Origin: Spirochaetaceae bacterium
GTDB taxonomy: Bacteria > Spirochaetota > Spirochaetia > DSM-2461
Length of the DNA stretch: 64,000 nt
Direction of reading: 5' to 3'
Assembly (NCBI GenBank): GCA_051531975.1
Contig: JAOPTT010000006.1
Coordinates: forward strand, 256,656 to 320,655
This document shows, in pieces, positions 40,855-51,681 of this stretch. The notes below the pieces were generated by a model. That model saw nothing but the letters and a program-made list of their open reading frames with translations, was not told where the DNA came from and did not search any database. How positions within the stretch are numbered: position 1 is the stretch's first letter; each line of letters opens with the position of its first letter. The translations under genes and the position numbers were made by a program.

Positions 40855-41100
40855 ATGATTAGAAAGTTATTCATTCAGTTATTTTTTGTTACATTAATAA
40901 TTTGTTTCTTCGGACTAAATTTTGAAACAAAAATTGACATAAGATTTTGGTTTAATGACCTATTAACACTGAAAGATATCTCTCTTTTTGTAGCCCTTGC
41001 CTTTGCATATTTAATAGGGGTAGTTACAACTATCCCTTTTATTATTATTAAAAGTATAAAAAAGAAAAAAAACGATAAAGTTACAACAATTGAAGAATAA
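40855..41100 (+). CDS. Small membrane protein (LapA/DUF1049-like)
   Basis: Two TM segments and a basic tail. Confidence 0.55.
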   Translation: MIRKLFIQLFFVTLIICFFGLNFETKIDIRFWFNDLLTLKDISLFVALAFAYLIGVVTTIPFIIIKSIKKKKNDKVTTIEE

Positions 41101-42046
41101 ATATCTATTTATATTATTCTTTTTGATACCAATAAATACTTTTTCAGATTCTTATGATGAAGCATTAAAATATGAAGCTAAAGGTGATTATAGTAATTTT
41201 CATAATTTAATTTTTCAATATTTTGATAAAAATATAAATGACATTAACCAAGATGAAATAATATATAAATTAAACTATAGTGCAACACTTTTTCCAACAA
41301 TAGATGAATCTTTAAACCTATTATTAAAGTATGTAAAATATAATAAATACCGGAATACAAGATCTGTTTTGTATAAAAAAATAGCTGAAATTTATGAATT
41401 ATCAGGTCAAATATATAACGCAGGAACTTATTATGAAAAAGCTGCTTATACTATAAAAGATGAGATCGATTATAATTCATTATTAAACTCAATCGATATG
41501 CTTTTAGAATTGGGATACTTTGATGTTGCTATAAAAAAACTAAATGAAATTAAATATAGTAAAATAGATAAAGATTTAAAAGATAAATACTTTTCATTGT
41601 TATCTAGATGTTATTTTTATAAAGGTAATTTGAAACAGGCTGAAGTATATTTATTAAAAATTCAAAATAAAGACAGTTATTATTTTTATTTATTAAATAT
41701 TTTTGAAATTAATGAAAATGATACTCTAAATAAAAGTTCATTGGAATCTTATATATTAAAAAATCCATATTCAAGACTAAAAAATCCTAATGAGTATATA
41801 GGTGTTAATTCACAAATAAACAGAGATTCAAAAGCAAGTAGTAATATAATTATAGAAGAAGAACTAACTATCGGTGTGTTTCAACAAAAAAAAGATGCAA
41901 GTGGAATTATTAATATACTTGAACAGATGAATTTAACTTGGTATTTTGATTTAATAGAAACTAAATATAAACTTTTAGTTTTTACTACAAATAAAATAAA
42001 GACGAGTAATGAATTAAAGAAACTAGGTTTAATTATAAAGGATTAG
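41090..42046 (+). CDS. Exported TPR-containing protein with a SPOR-like C-terminus
   Basis: Signal peptide; TPR-like AEIYELSG...A..YYEKA; IGVFQQKKDA. Confidence 0.6.
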   Translation: MKNKYLFILFFLIPINTFSDSYDEALKYEAKGDYSNFHNLIFQYFDKNINDINQDEIIYKLNYSATLFPTIDESLNLLLKYVKYNKYRNTRSVLYKKIAEIYELSGQIYNAGTYYEKAAYTIKDEIDYNSLLNSIDMLLELGYFDVAIKKLNEIKYSKIDKDLKDKYFSLLSRCYFYKGNLKQAEVYLLKIQNKDSYYFYLLNIFEINENDTLNKSSLESYILKNPYSRLKNPNEYIGVNSQINRDSKASSNIIIEEELTIGVFQQKKDASGIINILEQMNLTWYFDLIETKYKLLVFTTNKIKTSNELKKLGLIIKD

Positions 42047-42052
42047 GGTCAT

Positions 42053-43720
42053 ATGCTATTAAGTAAAGAAAGAGAAGTTCTAGAGACTATAAGTATTGTA
42101 AAAGATTTATTGAAAAACTGTGGTTTTAATCTAAATTTAGAAAATGTTATTAACCCAATAAAAAATATATGGTCAGTACATCTAAAGGATACAGAATCCC
42201 AATTTTATACAAATGGAAAAGGTTCAACAAAAGAAAATGCAATTGCTAGTGCTTATTGTGAATTTTTAGAAAGACTAGGGACAGGATATTTTTTTAGCGA
42301 TTATGCCATTGATGGTCTATTTGATAATAATAAATGGATATATTCTCCAGATGAAGTTAAAGTTAAAAAATCCAAAGAATTTAAAGAAAATATATTAAAT
42401 AAAAAATTATGGAGTTTTTATGATCCTGAAAATCTATTGGATTATGAACAACTTATAGATTCAGGTTGTTGTAATCCTGAAGTTTTAATAACTCTACCTT
42501 TTAATAATAGTTTTGATAATTCAGATACTTTATTCCCAATTGAATTGTTAAGAAACTTATATGCAAGTAATGGTCTATCTGCAGGAAATAGTGAAACTGA
42601 AACTTTAACTCAGGGTTTGTCTGAATGTATAGAACGTGGAGTTAAAAATTATATTATTCAAGAGTGTTTATCATTACCAAATATTTCTGATTCTTATATA
42701 GAATCACTTGGCTTTTTAGAAATAAAAGAAGAAATTGAATCTTATGGGTATCCATTGTTAATAAAAGATGCATCCCTAGATGGTAGATTTCCAGTTATAT
42801 GTGCTCTACTGATTAATCAAAATGAGGGTACAGTTCTAAGTTCTTTTGGTTGTCATCCAAATATAAAAGTTGCAATTGAACGAACTTTAACAGAGTTACT
42901 TCAGGGAAGAAAAATAAATTCCATTTCAGACTTTAGCCCATTAGTAGATAACATCAATCAAGTTGCAGATGAAGCAAATATTGAATCGCATTTTATAAAT
43001 TCAACAGGTGTATTTCATTTTAATATAATTAAACAGATTGGTGAAAAGTCTACATTATGGAGTTATGATAACCAATTATCTGACTTAGATTATCTTAAAT
43101 TAATATTAAAAAAAGAAGGGTACAGTTATTATTACAGAGCTTATAATATTGGTGAAATGTGGGTTTCTCAATCAATCATTCCTAAACTTTCCGAAATATA
43201 TCCAATAGAAGATCTAGAGTATGATAACAAAAACAGATCTGGAGTTGTGCGATCATTTTTGAAAAATAACAGTCTTAGTAAAACAGAATTAAAGAGTTGT
43301 ATTAAATGGTTTAATGAGTGTTATATTCCTGGATCAGCGGTCATATTAGATTATTTAGGTATATCTTGTAGTTCTAATAATAGCTTATCAAATCTACAAA
43401 TGGATGAATTAGAGTTATGTGTCTATATTCAGTCTAATAACAAAAAAGAGTTACATAATTTATTATCACAAATGGATTTAACATATATTGATAAAACTAG
43501 AATTGGATACTGGCGATGTTTATTAGCAAAGTTAAATAAATTCGATGAAGTAACTTTAGAGAACTTATACGGAAAAGAAAACTTATTAAATGTGGATAAA
43601 ACACTAAAGGGATCTATCCCCAAAGATATCCTACCAGACTTTGGATTAACATTTAATAATATCCAACAACACAAAGAGTTTTCAAATGTATATCATAAAT
43701 ATATAAAACTTAGAGATTAG
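42053..43720 (+). CDS. ycaO: YcaO-family protein (E. coli YcaO-like)
   Basis: NPIKNIWSVH, TNGKG...AIASAYCEFLERL, NLYASNGLSAGN, LSECIER, SFGCHP and ERTLTELLQGR motifs. Confidence 0.88.
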   Translation: MLLSKEREVLETISIVKDLLKNCGFNLNLENVINPIKNIWSVHLKDTESQFYTNGKGSTKENAIASAYCEFLERLGTGYFFSDYAIDGLFDNNKWIYSPDEVKVKKSKEFKENILNKKLWSFYDPENLLDYEQLIDSGCCNPEVLITLPFNNSFDNSDTLFPIELLRNLYASNGLSAGNSETETLTQGLSECIERGVKNYIIQECLSLPNISDSYIESLGFLEIKEEIESYGYPLLIKDASLDGRFPVICALLINQNEGTVLSSFGCHPNIKVAIERTLTELLQGRKINSISDFSPLVDNINQVADEANIESHFINSTGVFHFNIIKQIGEKSTLWSYDNQLSDLDYLKLILKKEGYSYYYRAYNIGEMWVSQSIIPKLSEIYPIEDLEYDNKNRSGVVRSFLKNNSLSKTELKSCIKWFNECYIPGSAVILDYLGISCSSNNSLSNLQMDELELCVYIQSNNKKELHNLLSQMDLTYIDKTRIGYWRCLLAKLNKFDEVTLENLYGKENLLNVDKTLKGSIPKDILPDFGLTFNNIQQHKEFSNVYHKYIKLRD

Positions 43721-44495
43721 TTTTCTTTGCCTCATCCCAAAGATTATCCATGATTTTGAAATTCTCATGTGATAATATTAAATTTTTAAGTTTCATATGT
43801 TTTTCTACATATTTAAATCTTTGAACAAATTTATTATTAGTACGACTCAATGCTATACTTGGGTCTACTTTTAGATATCTTGATAAATTAATGACAGAAA
43901 AAAGTAAATCACCAATTTCTAATTCTAAATTATCATAGTGATTATTGGTTATTTCTTCCTTAACTTCATTTGTTTCTTCTACAATTTTATCAAATATATC
44001 ATTTATATTAGGCCAATCAAATCCAACTTTTTCTACTTTTTTTTGTATCTCATTTGATTTTTCTAAAGGTGGTAAACTTTTGGGAATGTTATCAAGAATA
44101 CCTTTTTTAATTCTTCCTTCTTTTTTTTCTTTTATATCTTCCCACTGAATTAAGACTTCTTCACTTGTTGATACATTGTTTCTGTTGTTAGAAAAAACAT
44201 GGGGATGTCTAGATATCATTTTATTATTAACATCACCTAATATTTCTGCTACTGTAGTTACACCATCTTGCTCGAGGATATAACCCATAACAGTAGCTGT
44301 AAAAATTATATCACCAATCTCTTCTTTTATATTTTTATTATCATTGTTAGAAATACCATCAAGGCATTCACAACACTCTTCAAGTAATGAAGGTCCTAAT
44401 GTTTTAAGATTCTGTTTTAAATCCCAAGGACATCCTCCATCAGGATTCCTTAGTGCTTTTACCGTTGCTAATAACTTCTCGTAACTATTGTTCAT
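43710..44495 (-). CDS. mazG: Nucleoside triphosphate pyrophosphohydrolase
   Basis: LR..GGCPWD, EEIGD, RHPHVF, VGFDW and EIGDLLF tandem domains. Confidence 0.95.
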   Translation of the reverse strand: MNNSYEKLLATVKALRNPDGGCPWDLKQNLKTLGPSLLEECCECLDGISNNDNKNIKEEIGDIIFTATVMGYILEQDGVTTVAEILGDVNNKMISRHPHVFSNNRNNVSTSEEVLIQWEDIKEKKEGRIKKGILDNIPKSLPPLEKSNEIQKKVEKVGFDWPNINDIFDKIVEETNEVKEEITNNHYDNLELEIGDLLFSVINLSRYLKVDPSIALSRTNNKFVQRFKYVEKHMKLKNLILSHENFKIMDNLWDEAKKTNL

Positions 44496-45981
44496 TATTC
44501 ATAACCTCAGTCTGTTCAAATCGTAGTGGATCTTTGTCAGATTTGATCTCTATACCATGAGTTGTTAATACTCCCTCATGTAATTTAATTGTTCGTATTG
44601 CTTGTGCATCTAATTGCTGTTCAGAATAGGTTAATTGATAATTTGTTATCTTAAATTCTGATCTTATATCACTGTTTGCCTTAAATTGTACGATCATTTC
44701 TCCATTTGAAAGTTCAAGTAAAGAAAAAATTCCTTCTTCAATAGTTCCGTTTTCAGAATGTATCTTTTTATATTCTGGAAATGAGAAATTGAGAGAATAT
44801 AACACATTTTTATAAATACCGGTGAAAGGTACATCTTTGTTTATATCTGTATTTGTATTGGACAATAGAGAGTGCTTAACATCACTGTTTAACCGGGTAT
44901 AATCACCATTCCAAAAAATATCATCAGCAATTTTAACATTAATCTCATCAGTACTATTAAGTGTAATAACCAGTTGTCTTGGTAGAGTCGATACTTCACT
45001 GTTTTTAAGAAAAATCTTTAATTGCTGATAAACTCTTCTAGTCCTAGTTATATCATATTGTTCTATTCCATCTTTATATTGAAGTATTACTACATCACGT
45101 TTACCATCTATAATTACAATATTTTGGATCTCTTCTTTATCATCTTTCAGATACCATTCACCACTGATAAAATCCTTGAAATCAGATTTATTACCTCTTA
45201 AAATGGCTGTTAATTTTTCTTTAACATTAATTTTTTGTTCTGTTGTTTCACTACTTTCTTGAATATATAAATTATTTCGTCTATCCCAAACCCATTTTTC
45301 TTTTATTATAGCTATCGTATTTTCATCAATATAATTAGTCTTTTCAACTAATACATCATAAGCTTTATCGCTATCTTTTCTACTTTCAATATAATCTAAA
45401 CTTCTACTTTTAGTAATTAATTCTACAGTACCTGTAGTTTCATAGGAAAAAATTGTTTTGTAATAAATATGTATACCTTTTGGAGGAGCAGTCTTTTTAA
45501 ATATATACAGTGCATTATTATTTGTAATTGTAGTCCCAGACATAATTAATTCATAATTGTGTTTAAATCCTAAAACATCTTGTTCAGCCATTAAAAAATC
45601 TGAATTATATATTAAAGGAAGCCTTATTTCCCATGCAACAAAATACTGCCTAGTGATTTTATTAAAATCTGCAACAACAACTGTGATTAAATTTAATTCA
45701 TCAATCAATATAATAAATTGTTCATCTGCGGCATCTAAATCAAGGTTTGAATCCTTTTTTTCAACCGCAATTTTTCCTGGAAATAGACTCTCAATGTCTA
45801 AAAATGTCTCAATAGAGTTTTTTGATTGATCATCTTCCTCTAGTACTAACTCATCTAAAATTTCTTCAGACATATTATTAATTTCAATTTCTTTTTTTTC
45901 TAAATTATCATTTCTGTTTTGTTCCTGACATGAAAGAAAAAAAACTAAAACAAATATAAAAAATAAGTATAATCTTTTCAT
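44485..45981 (-). CDS. Spirochaetal lipoprotein, probably of the pallilysin-related adhesin family
   Basis: FLSC lipobox; NLDLDAADEQ..., FISGEWY; adjacency to mazG recalled from other spirochetes (not searched). Confidence 0.55.
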   Translation of the reverse strand: MKRLYLFFIFVLVFFLSCQEQNRNDNLEKKEIEINNMSEEILDELVLEEDDQSKNSIETFLDIESLFPGKIAVEKKDSNLDLDAADEQFIILIDELNLITVVVADFNKITRQYFVAWEIRLPLIYNSDFLMAEQDVLGFKHNYELIMSGTTITNNNALYIFKKTAPPKGIHIYYKTIFSYETTGTVELITKSRSLDYIESRKDSDKAYDVLVEKTNYIDENTIAIIKEKWVWDRRNNLYIQESSETTEQKINVKEKLTAILRGNKSDFKDFISGEWYLKDDKEEIQNIVIIDGKRDVVILQYKDGIEQYDITRTRRVYQQLKIFLKNSEVSTLPRQLVITLNSTDEINVKIADDIFWNGDYTRLNSDVKHSLLSNTNTDINKDVPFTGIYKNVLYSLNFSFPEYKKIHSENGTIEEGIFSLLELSNGEMIVQFKANSDIRSEFKITNYQLTYSEQQLDAQAIRTIKLHEGVLTTHGIEIKSDKDPLRFEQTEVMNNEQ

Positions 45982-46194
45982 GATTTAAGATTATAGAATG
46001 TTATAAAAAAATACTACTGATACTTTACAAAATTATTACTTTCTGGCATATTTTGTTATGGAAACATATCTTATTAAAATAAAAACTACAAATTATTATC
46101 TCAGAAATTATATTAAATTTATTTCTATTAAAAATTCATTAATGGACAATACAAAATATATATAGTTATAAAACCAACAAAAGGAGTTGTTTAG

Positions 46195-47634
46195 ATGTTA
46201 GAAATTCAAGAGAAACTTAGTTATGATGATGTATTATTGGTACCTGATTATGCAGACTTTTTTTATGCAAATGCATGTGTTAAAACAAGAATTGCAAAGG
46301 ACATATACCTTAATTCACCTATTATGTCAGCCGCTATGGATACAGTTACAGAAGAAAAAATGGCTATAGCATTAGCTCTACAGGGTGGAGTTGGTGTAAT
46401 TCATCGAAATCTTTCATACGAAGAGCAAGCAAAACAAGTTTCTAAAGTAAAAAGATATCTGAACTGGGTTATAGATTCACCTATTACTGTTGGTAAAGAT
46501 CAAACAATCGCAGATGTTAGAATGATTATGGATAAATATCAAGTATCGGGATTACCAGTTGTTGAAAATGGAAAACTTGCAGGTATTATCACAGGACGAG
46601 ATCTTCGGTTTTGCACAGATTTTACTCAAAAAGTTGAATCTGTTATGACAAAAGATCCAGTTGTTGAAAAAGGTGTGCCAACTGTTGAAACTGCAAAAGA
46701 GAAGTTTAATACTCATAGAATTGAGAAAGTTCCAATTATTAACGATGATGGTGAATTAACAGGATTAATAACAGTTAAAGACTTAGAAAAACATGAGCAG
46801 TATCCAAATGCTGCAATGGATAAAAGAGGTCGACTATTATGTGGAGCTGCAATTAGTCCACAAGATTATCATAAAAGAATCCCTTTATTAAAAGAATCTG
46901 GTGTAGATTTTATAGTATTAGATGTCGCATCGGGAGATACTAAATCAGTTATTGATTGTATTAAAGATATAAAAGCAACCTATGATATTGTAGTAATTGG
47001 TGGAAATGCTGCTACAAAAGAAGCTGCACAAAGATTAATCGATGCTGGATCAGATGCAATAAAAGTAGGCATTGGTCCTGGTTCAATCTGTACAACAAGA
47101 ATAGTTGCAGGAATTGGGGTTCCACAATTGTCTGCAGTTGCTGATGTATGTGAAGTTGCAGAAAAGTATGATATCCCAGTAATAGCAGATGGTGGAATTA
47201 AGTTTTCAGGAGATATCTCTAAGGCTATTGGTGCAGGGGCAAATGCAGTTATGGTTGGTAATCTATTTGCAGGTTTAAAAGAAGCTCCTGGAAGAGAAAT
47301 AATATTTGAAGGTAGAATTTTTAAGACATATAGAGGTATGGGATCTGTTGGTGCGATAGTTGATGGTTCTGGAGATAGATACCAAATGAAAGAGGGAGAT
47401 TCGCCTGTTCCTGAAGGAATTGAAGGAAGAGTTCCATATAAAGGTGAATTGAAGGCTTATTTAGAACAATTAGTTACCGGATTAAAAAAAGGTATGGGAT
47501 ATACCGGTTGTAAGACCATAGATGAATTGCGGAAATATAAGAAATTTGTTAAGATATCATCCGCTGGTCTTCGAGAAAGTCATGCTCACGATATAAGTAT
47601 TACTCAAGAAGCACCAAATTATTCACGTAGTTAA
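46195..47634 (+). CDS. guaB: IMP dehydrogenase
   Basis: SAAMDTVT, CBS pair, KVGIGPGSICTTR, IADGG, YRGMGS and VPEGIEG motifs. Confidence 0.97.
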   Translation: MLEIQEKLSYDDVLLVPDYADFFYANACVKTRIAKDIYLNSPIMSAAMDTVTEEKMAIALALQGGVGVIHRNLSYEEQAKQVSKVKRYLNWVIDSPITVGKDQTIADVRMIMDKYQVSGLPVVENGKLAGIITGRDLRFCTDFTQKVESVMTKDPVVEKGVPTVETAKEKFNTHRIEKVPIINDDGELTGLITVKDLEKHEQYPNAAMDKRGRLLCGAAISPQDYHKRIPLLKESGVDFIVLDVASGDTKSVIDCIKDIKATYDIVVIGGNAATKEAAQRLIDAGSDAIKVGIGPGSICTTRIVAGIGVPQLSAVADVCEVAEKYDIPVIADGGIKFSGDISKAIGAGANAVMVGNLFAGLKEAPGREIIFEGRIFKTYRGMGSVGAIVDGSGDRYQMKEGDSPVPEGIEGRVPYKGELKAYLEQLVTGLKKGMGYTGCKTIDELRKYKKFVKISSAGLRESHAHDISITQEAPNYSRS

Positions 47635-47645
47635 GGAAGATATAA

Positions 47646-48875
47646 ATGAAACTTGTTGTCATCGGTGCCCAATGGGGAGATGAAGGAAAAGGTAAGATTG
47701 TAGATTACTTAGCAGAAGATGCTAAAGTTGTAGTTCGTTATTCAGGTGGGGCTAATGCTGGTCACACTATTGTTAATGGAGACAAGGTATACAAACTTCA
47801 TTTAGTACCTTCAGGTATTGTATATCCCAATAGTGATGTTTTATTAGGACATGGTGTAGTAATTGATCCAGAACAACTTTTTAAAGAGTTAGATGGGATT
47901 AAAGCACAAGGTCTTGAGTGGGAAGGTCGAGTAAAAATTTCAGATAGAGCTCATTTAGTACTTCCAAAACACAAGGCTTTAGACCTAGAGATGGAAAAAA
48001 ATAGAATTAGACCTATTGGAACTACAGGACGTGGTATTGGTATTGCATATTCTCAGAAGGCCAACAGAGATAATATTAGAATTGCTGATTTATATGATAG
48101 TGAGTTTTATAATACATTAGATAAAGAGAGTAGAGATTTCTTAGAACCATATAAAAATAAAATGGAATCTATGGTTGTTAATGGTGCTTATTATTTAAAT
48201 GCTATTAAAGATGAGAGGATTCTATTTGAAGGTGCCCAAGGTACTTTATTAGATTTAGATAGTGGAACTTACCCATTTGTTTCATCTGGTTATTCATGTG
48301 CAGGTGGAGCTGGTGTCGGTACTGGTATGGGTCCAAGAGCTATGGATAATGTAATTGGTGTTTTTAAAGCTTATTCTACAAGAGTTGGAAATGGCCCTTT
48401 CCCATCAGATATTAAAGAATCTGGAGATGGAGACTTAGAAAACCTAATCAGAGAAATTGGTGGAGAGTATGGTGTTACAACAGGACGAGCTAGAAAATGT
48501 GGTTTCTTAGATATGGTTGCATTAAAATATGCATGTATCTCCAATTCCTTAGATTCATTAGTTTTAACTCACTTAGATGTTTATGATCAGATGGATGAAG
48601 TAAAGGTTTGTGAAGCTTATGATATAGAAGGAGAAACTATTACAGAATTTCCAACAAGAATAGATAAATTAAACAAAGCAAAACCAATCTCTAGATCTTT
48701 TAAAGGTTGGAAAACAGATATCTCTGAGATTAAATCATACGATGATCTACCTAAAGAGGCTAGAGAATATATTGATTATATTGAAGAATATACAGGGACA
48801 CCTATTAGTATCGTCTCTGTAGGTGCAGATAGAAATTGTACTTTTAATAGAAGGGATCCATGGACAAAATATTAA
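47646..48875 (+). CDS. purA: Adenylosuccinate synthetase
   Basis: GAQWGDEGKGK, GGANAGHT, EGAQG and EYGVTTGR motifs. Confidence 0.97.
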   Translation: MKLVVIGAQWGDEGKGKIVDYLAEDAKVVVRYSGGANAGHTIVNGDKVYKLHLVPSGIVYPNSDVLLGHGVVIDPEQLFKELDGIKAQGLEWEGRVKISDRAHLVLPKHKALDLEMEKNRIRPIGTTGRGIGIAYSQKANRDNIRIADLYDSEFYNTLDKESRDFLEPYKNKMESMVVNGAYYLNAIKDERILFEGAQGTLLDLDSGTYPFVSSGYSCAGGAGVGTGMGPRAMDNVIGVFKAYSTRVGNGPFPSDIKESGDGDLENLIREIGGEYGVTTGRARKCGFLDMVALKYACISNSLDSLVLTHLDVYDQMDEVKVCEAYDIEGETITEFPTRIDKLNKAKPISRSFKGWKTDISEIKSYDDLPKEAREYIDYIEEYTGTPISIVSVGADRNCTFNRRDPWTKY

Positions 48876-50410
48876 TATTAGACTTTGGTGGTCAAACTTG
48901 TCAGTTAATTGCAAGAAGAATTAGAGAATTAGGTATTTATACAGATATTGTTCCAGGAGATATAGAACTAGAAGATCATTTAACTTCTGATGTTAAAGGT
49001 GTTATTTTATCTGGTTCTCCATATTCTGTTTATGAAGATAGAGCCCCAGTCCCTGATAAAAAGATCTATAATTTAGATGTTCCATTATTAGGCATTTGTT
49101 ACGGATTACAGCGAATAACTTACGACTTAGGTGGAAAAGTTGCTGCTCTTGCGACAAAAGAGTATGGACGAAGTCAAATATCTTTCAAAAAGAAAAATGA
49201 TCTATTTAAAGATATTCCTGAGGGTTTTGTTTCTTGGATGTCCCATGGGGATAGTTTAGATGTATTAGCTGAAAATTTTAATCTAACAGCTCTTTCTGAA
49301 CATGAATTACCAGCATCAGTATGCTGTGAAGATCGAAATATATACGGGTTACAGTTCCATCCAGAAGTTACTCACTGTGAATACGGTACTAAAATATTAG
49401 AAAACTTTGTTTCTGGAATCTGTAAAGCTGAAAAAAGCTGGAGTATGGAGGCTTATATTGAGGCTGAAGGACAAAAGCTTAGAGATAGAGTTGGGGATAA
49501 AAAAGTCCTATTATTAATTTCTGGTGGTGTAGATTCTACAGTTGCTGGTGGGCTTCTATTAAAAACTCTTAATCCAGAAAACGTTCACTTTATGTATATT
49601 GATACAGGTATGATGAGAAAAGGTGAATCTGAAGAAGTATCAGAGAATCTTAAAAAACTTGGAGCTAAACACCTACATTTAATAGATGCTAGGGATCGGT
49701 TTTTAGGCCCTTTAGCAGGTGAGTCAGATCCTGAGAAAAAGAGAAAAATTATAGGTAATATGTTTATTGAAGTTCAAGAAGATGAAATTCGAAATACATT
49801 AAAAGGTGATTATTTCTTAGCTCAAGGAACATTATACACTGACCTTATTGAATCTGGTAAAGGTGTTGGTAAAAATGCACAGGTTATTAAATCTCATCAT
49901 AACGTTGGTTGTAAGGCAATTGAAGAAAAAAGGGAAGCTGGTTTAATAATTGAACCTTTAGAACGTTTGTATAAAGACGAAGTTAGGGCGCTAGGAAGAA
50001 TTCTTGGAATATCTAACAAAATCGTAGACAGACATCCATTCCCAGGACCAGGTCTTGGTATAAGAATCTTAGGTGAAGTTACAAAAGAGAAGTGTGATAT
50101 TTTAAGAGACGCAGACTTTATCTATATAAATGAGCTAAGGAAAAGAGGGTTGTATGCTGAAATATGGCAAGCATTTAGTGTTTTATTACCAGTTAGAAGT
50201 GTAGGTGTTGCTGGTGATGCAAGGGATTATAGCTTTGTTTTAGCACTAAGAGCAGTTGTTTCATCAGATGGAATGACAGCGGATGTATATCACTTCCCAA
50301 TGAAAGACTTATTAGAAATATCCGCAATGATAACTAACTCAGTAAAAGATATTGGGCGAGTAACATACGATATTTCTTCAAAACCACCTGCAACAATTGA
50401 GTGGGAATAA
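48860..50410 (+). CDS. guaA: GMP synthase (glutamine-hydrolysing)
   Basis: LGICYG, QFHPEV, SGGVDS, IKSHHN, HPFPGPGL and KPPATIEWE motifs. Confidence 0.97.
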   Translation: MDKILILDFGGQTCQLIARRIRELGIYTDIVPGDIELEDHLTSDVKGVILSGSPYSVYEDRAPVPDKKIYNLDVPLLGICYGLQRITYDLGGKVAALATKEYGRSQISFKKKNDLFKDIPEGFVSWMSHGDSLDVLAENFNLTALSEHELPASVCCEDRNIYGLQFHPEVTHCEYGTKILENFVSGICKAEKSWSMEAYIEAEGQKLRDRVGDKKVLLLISGGVDSTVAGGLLLKTLNPENVHFMYIDTGMMRKGESEEVSENLKKLGAKHLHLIDARDRFLGPLAGESDPEKKRKIIGNMFIEVQEDEIRNTLKGDYFLAQGTLYTDLIESGKGVGKNAQVIKSHHNVGCKAIEEKREAGLIIEPLERLYKDEVRALGRILGISNKIVDRHPFPGPGLGIRILGEVTKEKCDILRDADFIYINELRKRGLYAEIWQAFSVLLPVRSVGVAGDARDYSFVLALRAVVSSDGMTADVYHFPMKDLLEISAMITNSVKDIGRVTYDISSKPPATIEWE

Positions 50411-50415
50411 ATTAA

Positions 50416-51591
50416 ATGTTAAAAAAAATTATCGTAATAATATTATATATTATTACGGTTAATATATATTCAACTGAATATGTCATATCAGAAATTAATA
50501 TCGATGGTTTAAAACGTACACAAAATAAGACTGTACTTAATATAATTGAGTTTTATCCTGGAGATATAATTTCTGATGATCAATTAGATTTATTAGAACA
50601 ACGTATAAGAAAATCTAGATTATTTACTAATGAATTTAGTGTAACTTTAGATCCAATTAATGACCTCGAAACAATACTTAATATTTCTTTAAATGATAAA
50701 TGGACACTAATACCATTACCGTTAATTGTCGTCTCTAGTGATAGTATGTTATTAGGAGCATTCTTTATAGAATCTAATTTATTAGGTCTTAATCAATCCC
50801 TTGTAAGTGGAGTTATGTATTCCGATGAGGGGTTTAGTCTATTTGCAGCATATTCTTTTCCACCGTTATCTTTTGGAAATTTAAGCTATTATATTTCATA
50901 TAGTGATGGGGATTATACTAAAGATGATTTCTGGGGTGATGAGATCGAAACTGGTACGATACAAGACATATCAACAGGTCTTACCTTTAAGAAAGAACTT
51001 TCTCAAATTATAGAATCCTCTATTTCATTAAGATATTTATTTGAAGATGAATTCAATTATATTGGTCTTGCACCAAGTTTAACTTTATCAAACTTAGAGT
51101 TACTTGATAGTTTCCAGAAAGGCTATAATATATCACTTAAATTAAACTCAAGATTAACTTTTGATGATTATACTTTAGAAAATAAAATTTCTGCAAATTT
51201 TGATAATTCATTAATTTTGTTTAATAACTTATTTTATGCAAGTATTCATTCTGGGTATTCATTTGATCCTATTGATTATCCTTTAGAAGTTGGTGGAACA
51301 ATAGGAAGTAGAGTATTTAAAAGTCAAATAGAATCAAGTTTTTATGTTAATAATATAATTAAATATGAGATAAAAATTGTTGATTTTAATTGGGGATATA
51401 TTACACTACCTATTTATTATGAATCTGGAATTATTGAATATAACGATTCTCTTGAATTTTATCATGGTCCAGGTATTAGTATATTAAGTTATCTAAATAA
51501 GGTTGCATTACCTGCAATAGGAATTAATTTTGTATATGATTTTGAAAATAGCAGATATAATTGGGGAGCTTCAATAGGGCTTTCAATGTAA
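50416..51591 (+). CDS. POTRA-domain Omp85-like outer membrane protein
   Basis: Signal peptide; single POTRA (IDGLKRTQ); DKWTLIPLP, ESNLLG and amphipathic C-terminal strands. Confidence 0.65.
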   Translation: MLKKIIVIILYIITVNIYSTEYVISEINIDGLKRTQNKTVLNIIEFYPGDIISDDQLDLLEQRIRKSRLFTNEFSVTLDPINDLETILNISLNDKWTLIPLPLIVVSSDSMLLGAFFIESNLLGLNQSLVSGVMYSDEGFSLFAAYSFPPLSFGNLSYYISYSDGDYTKDDFWGDEIETGTIQDISTGLTFKKELSQIIESSISLRYLFEDEFNYIGLAPSLTLSNLELLDSFQKGYNISLKLNSRLTFDDYTLENKISANFDNSLILFNNLFYASIHSGYSFDPIDYPLEVGGTIGSRVFKSQIESSFYVNNIIKYEIKIVDFNWGYITLPIYYESGIIEYNDSLEFYHGPGISILSYLNKVALPAIGINFVYDFENSRYNWGASIGLSM

Positions 51592-51599
51592 AACAGTAA

Positions 51600-51646
51600 T
51601 AGTAATGATTATCGAGCTAGACAGTTTATTCCCAGTATGTTAAAAT
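51600..51646 (+). promoter_or_regulatory. PerR/Fur-type box plus sigma70 promoter of the rubrerythrin-perR operon
   Basis: TAGTAATGATTATCG (51600-51614); TAGACA(51618)-N17-TAAAAT(51641). Confidence 0.7.
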
Positions 51647-51681
51647 AAATTAAAATAATATTATTTAAAGGGGATTAATTT

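Noticed and set aside
43710..44495. mazG as part of a toxin-antitoxin or anti-phage system
   Set aside because: It is a housekeeping tandem-domain MazG with no mazEF or defence genes adjacent.
45982..46194. Possible purine riboswitch upstream of guaB
   Set aside because: There is no ATATGG...GTTTCTACC...CCGTAAA core, only weak AT-rich hairpins.
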